NCBI RefSeq assembly: GCF_025526975.1
Contig: NW_026515689.1
Location: 1 to 64,000, forward strand
Reading direction: 5' to 3'
Source: Fimicolochytrium jonesii
Lineage: Eukaryota
DNA length: 64,000 nt
Shown: piece by piece, positions 58,506 to 64,000 of the stretch
Layout of the letters: every line of letters begins with the position of its first letter
Position numbering within the stretch: position 1 is the first letter of the stretch
Notes under the pieces: model-generated
Told to the model about the DNA's origin: nothing
Database searches by the model: none
What the model saw: only the letters and a program-made list of their open reading frames with translations
Position numbers and translations under genes: made by a program

Positions 58506-61072
58506 CCCAGTTAGTTCCTCACAGGATTCCCGCCTTCTGCGAAATCACGTGCATCTGGGGTTAAACGCAAACAAAACACGTGAGTTGCCAGCACCCTCGA
58601 TGGTCACGCCCGGTTTCGCGTCGCCCAACCGCACTCACCGCCCCGCCGTCAAGTCCACGCCAACCGCAACCTGCAGAAACGGCCAAAGAGGCTCCTTTGC
58701 ATGCCGTTGCGCGGGGCAACCCCTCCATTTGCGCGGCTTCCCAACGGCCCCCTCGCCGTGGCAGTCACTCCAAACCGCAGCGGCTCGCGTCCGTCCCACC
58801 GAGCCTCATCGCGTTCTTCCACAATCCCCCCCCCCCCCACAGCCTTCCGCCGGGTCATCGCTCGGTTCTCCAGTCGCGCTTTTTCCTTGCCTGTGAGAGA
58901 AAACACCCGTTTAGGAGAATGCCCGCGAGATACCACCACCCCCACCAAAGCCCAAGTGCCTCCTCCGCTCTCCTACCTCCCGTGCCGTGCCTGCCTCGAC
59001 CCTTTTGCCAATTTCCGCGGGGGGGCGACATCAAGCACCTTGGCTCTTTATACTTGGCGGTTCCGTCGATGCCGAGCTGCCCCCGGGTCCCCCTCTTGGC
59101 ATCCCCATCCGAGGGCAAAAAAAAAGGGGCTTTCGCGGGTGGCGGGTGCGCCGCAAAGGCTATGCCACCTATCCCCCTTTCGTTTCCCCCGACTTGTTGC
59201 TCAGCGCGATCTTTGCTCCTCTTTCATCCCTACTGCATCGTTCTCCGATCGATTCATTCGCAATTCATTCGTCGTTCAGTTCCATTCCATTGCACCTCCC
59301 ACGTACGGTCTCTTGTCTATCACGCATGATGACCATCGGCCGCCGTCGTCGGGACTCGTTGGACGGACATGCGTGACATGGCGGATGCGGCGGTGAGGTT
59401 CTATGCGGTGTGGGTTGGTGATGTTCTTTAGCGTCTTTCTTTCTCTCATGTATAGTTAACTATACAACGACACATCCGGAAGCAGTAGAATGCATGTATG
59501 GAATGGCACACACTTTCAAATCCGCATATCAAACGCGCCCGGGGGCAATGCTCCAGGGGGGCTTTTGTCGCTCGCTAAACAAGAGGGTGTGTTTGCCCAC
59601 GGGGGTAGAGCGGTTCCCAGATGTCACAGCTAACAGTCGTGCGTATCTGCCACGTACCCGGGGGAGATGTGTACAGTACGCGCAAGGATGCGTACGGAAC
59701 CTCATTGGGAAACCTCCAGTTGGGGGGTGAATCCTAAATCCTTCGATCGGCGGTGTGGATGTGATGCCCCCGAGAATGGGCGAAATCTCGCAAGGCCGTG
59801 CTCCATTTGTGTCCAACCTCTATCTTATACGACTACGCGTATATCCACGAACATGTCGGGGGCAAGATGGCGTCGAGCGTACATTCATCCCCCGTGTTCT
59901 GTCAGTGTATACATCAGATGGTGAACGGTGACCGTTGATGCGGCGGCAACAATCAAGTGTCCATCCCTGTCCTGCGTCCATGCACGCCTCTGTGATGGCC
60001 TGTCCGTTCGGCCCCCGGGTGAGTTACCTGGCCTTTCGCGGCAGGGTTGGCGGCTGGCTGTTTCGATCGAATCGGCCAAGGGGAGGCGGATCTTCTCGGA
60101 GTGGGGCTCCATTGTAGATGGTTTGTCGTCTGGGCCCCGCTCTGCGTCCTTGGAGGGCTGTCGGCGGATTGGGCCACTTCTCCTTCCTGCAGGATGACTT
60201 GCACAAAGCGAATGATAGCAAAATAAACCCTCAAAACGCCCCAGTTTAGACCGATTTCCTTGCGTTTTCTGTCACTGCCCGTCTAAGCACTGGCAACGGT
60301 GACTCGAATTGAAGGTGTTTGCTGCTACTGCTGCTGCTCGAGGAGCTGGTGCAAGATCTAGTCAGGACGGACGACTCGGGGGGGGCATGAAATCTCGTAA
60401 AACATGACATTCGAACGACTGCTGGTAACCCCGCCCGACGGCCGCGGATAGGGCTCTCCGTAAATGATGGTTGATTTCGAAACCGCAGAGACGGAGCGTC
60501 CGATGCAGCAAAGCAGTGAGACTGTCTTTAAGCCACCGATCATCCGATGCTGAGGGGTGCGATGCTGATGTGTCGTGGATAAGCAAATCATGGAGCGCTT
60601 TGCAGGTAGCTTAGCTACTCGAGTCCTGCCATGACGGTATTTCATAATTTCGGGGGAAAATCTAGAACGGGATGAGAGACCTGTTGAAGTCGGGCAAAGG
60701 TCGCATCGCATAAATAATAGGAGCGCGCCTCCAGCCAATGGGCGGCGTCCAGCACTTACTGTTATTATTAAGTCGCCTGATGTCACTGCTGGCCTTCCCG
60801 TTGCTCCCTGTGGCCTCTCGCTCGCTCGGTTTCGGTCGGTCCTCGTCCAACCCCTTGTCATTGTCGTTCGTCTTGGCCGGAGGGATTCCCTCTTTCTTGA
60901 GCTGTTTATCTATTACTCACGGAACTCTCCTCTCTCGGTGGGAACTACGCACTGCGGGATACCATATCCGTATCCGTCCACCCTCAACAACCTTCGACAG
61001 AAACGACCGCAGCACAGAAAAGTGACACCGCATAGCACACTCCGAAACATTCGATACACTGCATAAAAAAGG

Positions 61073-62832
61073 ATGCGAACGCCCACTCTTTCCAGTCTGC
61101 TGACGCTCACGCTAGCCCTGCTCAGCATCAGCGTCTCCGCACTGGCCGCAACAGCATCCTCCGCACAGACCCTCCTCGACCAAGCAAAAGCGCACCTCTC
61201 CAGCGGCAACTTCAACGCCGCCCTCGACAGCTTCGACGCCGCGATCGCTTCCGACCCATCAAACTACCTTACCTACTTCCGCCGCGCCGCCGTCTACCTT
61301 AAGCTGGGCAAGTCCAGCCACGCCGTGAAGGACTTTGATAAGGTGTTAGCGCTCAAGCCTGAACATGCTCCGGCGCTCATTCAGCGGGCAAAGCTATTGG
61401 CGGGACGGGGGAGCTTACAGGCTGCGATCGCGGACCTGGAGCACTATATGAAGTCACACGGCGCAAACGCGGCGGATAGTACGGCAGCCGAGGCCGCAGA
61501 GTTGCTGCAGCAATACAAAGAGGCGGTCGTAAGCGCCGAGGAAGGCGAAAAGCTCTACAAACAGGGCAACCACGAAGCAGCGATCCAACACCTCTCCACC
61601 GCGCTCGCCAGCATGCCCTACTCCCACCACCTGCGCACCCTCCGCGCCGACGCCTACTTCAAAACCAATAGCAAAGAGATGGGAATCGCGGACCTGACCC
61701 GCCTCACCCAGCTCCCCGACTCGACCGACGCAACCACCCTCTTTGTCCGTCTCGCGAACCTGCACCTGGAGATCGGCGAACTTGCCCGCGCCCTCGCAAA
61801 CACCAAGGAGTGTCTCCGGCTGGACCCGGACCATAAACAGTGCAAGAAGATATTTAGGCAGGTCAAGAAGCTGGACAAAGCGATCACGGCCGCTGAGGAG
61901 TCGTTGAATAAACGCGCGTGGAAACCGGCGGCTGCGAAATTGACGTCGGCGCCGAAACCGACCGTGTTGGAGCAGGTTGAGGCGTTGGGGAAGGAGGCCA
62001 CGCCGTTGAGGAAACGGGTATACGGGATCATGTGCCGGTCCCATGGCGGGGCAAAGAACGAGAAGGAGACGATGAGCTGGTGCTCGAAGGTGCTGGAGAT
62101 CGACCCGGAGAACGGGGATGCGTTCATGTACAGAGCCGAAGCGAAAATGCAGGCCGAGAATTACGAGGATGGTAGGTGGCGTCCCTCCCTATCCGATTTT
62201 TTTTTGACCACCCTTCCCCCCCCATATTAACCCTATCCTTCTCCACAGCGATGCGCGACTTCCACTCCGCCTCCCAACACGCCCCCACGGACCCGCACCG
62301 CGTCTCCTCGGGCCACACGCAATCGCAACGCCTGCACCACACCTCCTCGCAAAAAGACTACTACAAGATCCTCGGCGTCCCTCGCACCGCATCAAAACGC
62401 GACATCAAAAAAGCGTACCGCAAACTCAGCATGCAGTGGCACCCTGACAAGTACTCGGGCGATCTGAGCAAGGAGGAGGTGGAAAAGAGGATGGGCGAGA
62501 TCAACGAGGCGTACACGACTCTGAGCGATGATGAGATGAGGAAGAGGGTCGATATGGGCGAGGATCCGAATGTAAGTTGGGCCAATGGATTCCCCCCGTT
62601 GACTCCCACTCCGTTTCGATTTCTGGATTTTTTAATCTCATTCTTGGGGGTCCTTTTTTTTTTTTTTTGTTTTTTTCAGAACCCGCAACAAAACGCATTC
62701 CCGGGCCACGCCGGCGGCGGCACCCCGTTCTTCTTCCAGGGCGGAGGGTTCCCGTTCCAGTTCCAGCGCGGCGGCGCGGGTGGGGGCGGCGGTGGTGGGC
62801 AGCCGTTTGAGTTCAAGTTCAATTTTAATTAG
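61073..62832 (+). CDS. DNAJC3: ER TPR/J-domain co-chaperone (DNAJC3/P58IPK, Jem1-like)
   Basis: Exons 61073-62171, 62249-62571, 62680-62832; signal peptide, TPRs, ECLRLDPDHKQC, KDYYKILGV...WHPDK. Confidence 0.93.
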
Positions 62833-63173
62833 AATTTAAGCGGCGGGGGGGCGGGGTTGTTGCGACATGGCTGGGGGTTTTTTTTATTGGGTGCTGTGTT
62901 GTGTGAATAGAGGGAACACTTGGAGTGTTGAAGGATGTGTGAGGGGCCTGGTGTGTGTGTGCTTGTTGACGTGAGAGGCAGGCGAGCGGCGTGTTGAACA
63001 ACCAGTTGAGATTGGGTGGGCGGACCTTCCCGTCACGAACGCGTTTTTGCTGGCTACCGTCGACTAAATCGATTCCCACCTCAGGACGCCGTGGTTTGAC
63101 AGCAACTGACACTATTATGCGTCTCGCCGTTTTCTGCACCCCCAGTCAAAACTCATAGGTTCTAATACTAAAA

Positions 63174-63680
63174 TTACGCCTCGCCCGTCGTAACGTCCAT
63201 ATTGCGTGCAAACCACGCCATTGTGTCCGTACTAATTTTGATGAACATACCCTGGCAGTTCCGACATATGCCCTCTGGTCCAATAAATGTCTCTGGGCAC
63301 CCGCACGAGGCTACCGGCGGAAGGGCGGTCGTTGGCATGATGTTGGCCCCCAGGCCCTCCTCATGTTGAAACACCCCCACTCGCCTCCAAGCCGTCCAAC
63401 ATGCCCCACAAACAATTGCCTGCGTTGCTCCCTCGCCGAAGAAGAAATCCCTCCCCATTGCCTCTGCCCGAGCCAAAACCGGCCACGGCGCACGATAGAA
63501 GCGAGAAGAGCTCTTCAACCGGCAGTCAATACAACCCGCGCTGTATCGATACTGCTTCCCTTGCTTCAAAACCCTCACTGCCCCTGGCCTCACCGCTGCC
63601 CCCCTCACCGCTGCCCCCGGGCTCGGCTTCCTACTTTCTCCCCCTTCGTCCCGCTCCGGCTGCCCAAGGTCCTGTTGCAA
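63174..63680 (-). CDS. Cys-rich hypothetical ORF (GATA-like CxxC...CGAC), probably transposon-associated
   Basis: CIDC...CGACWTAWRR and CGC...CRNC; lies just inside the repeated end at 63081. Confidence 0.35.
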   Translation of the reverse strand: MQQDLGQPERDEGGESRKPSPGAAVRGAAVRPGAVRVLKQGKQYRYSAGCIDCRLKSSSRFYRAPWPVLARAEAMGRDFFFGEGATQAIVCGACWTAWRRVGVFQHEEGLGANIMPTTALPPVASCGCPETFIGPEGICRNCQGMFIKISTDTMAWFARNMDVTTGEA

Positions 63681-64000
63681 GCCGTTTTGTCCTGGGCAAA
63701 TATAAAAAGGTCGAAAGCATGCGTATCAGAACACTGTGGTGAACTCCTGGAGCTGTACGACACCCTTGTCCACCGCAATCAGGTACGCAATGCCAGCGAT
63801 GCTTTACTGCTTACCTTCGTCACTAAAATCCATATTACTCAGCAGCCTGTGATTCAAATTGAGTGTTGTTTACTGGGAACCTCAAGCCTAGGAGGTCCTG
63901 AGCCCGAATATCGCCGGCGGAGGTTCTGTATGTGTATGTCTGTCGAAGCGATGGCAATGATGTTGGCAATGGCGGGTAAGGAAAAAGGCCAAAAACGGCG

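Noticed and set aside
58216..59396. Overlapping 226-249 aa ORFs
   Set aside because: Low-complexity GC-rich intergenic frames without protein-like features

Overview
Eukaryotic, intron-rich fungal DNA. It is most likely from an early-diverging (chytrid-like) fungus, inferred from the P2X receptor homologue, the PMCA-like Ca2+ pump tail and the Fanzor1 gene. The left ~29 kb is rich in transposons and accessory genes. The main feature there is a 7-exon Fanzor1 gene (eukaryotic TnpB-family RNA-guided nuclease, 10029-13548). Its RuvC D/E/D triad and zinc finger are intact, but it has three in-frame stops. A structured ~100-nt candidate omegaRNA follows it. The gene appears to lie in a non-autonomous element (candidate imperfect TIRs at 2967 and 13648, telomere-like CCCTAA repeats inside the left end). 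A self-priming, internally deleted Ty3/gypsy chromovirus (4461-9405) has inserted into that element. Also present are solo LTRs, a Crypton tyrosine-recombinase relic, a PIF/Harbinger-like MITE, a secreted aerolysin-like ORF with a frameshift, a nuclease-fold hypothetical gene, a P2X receptor homologue and a secreted beta-propeller. The right ~35 kb is mostly housekeeping genes: P2B Ca2+-ATPase, SRF-type MADS-box TF, SVF1, LUC7, NOC4, cysteinyl-tRNA synthetase, MIC10, a C2H2 TF and DNAJC3. All exon structures were reconstructed by eye from GT-AG sites and frame continuity.
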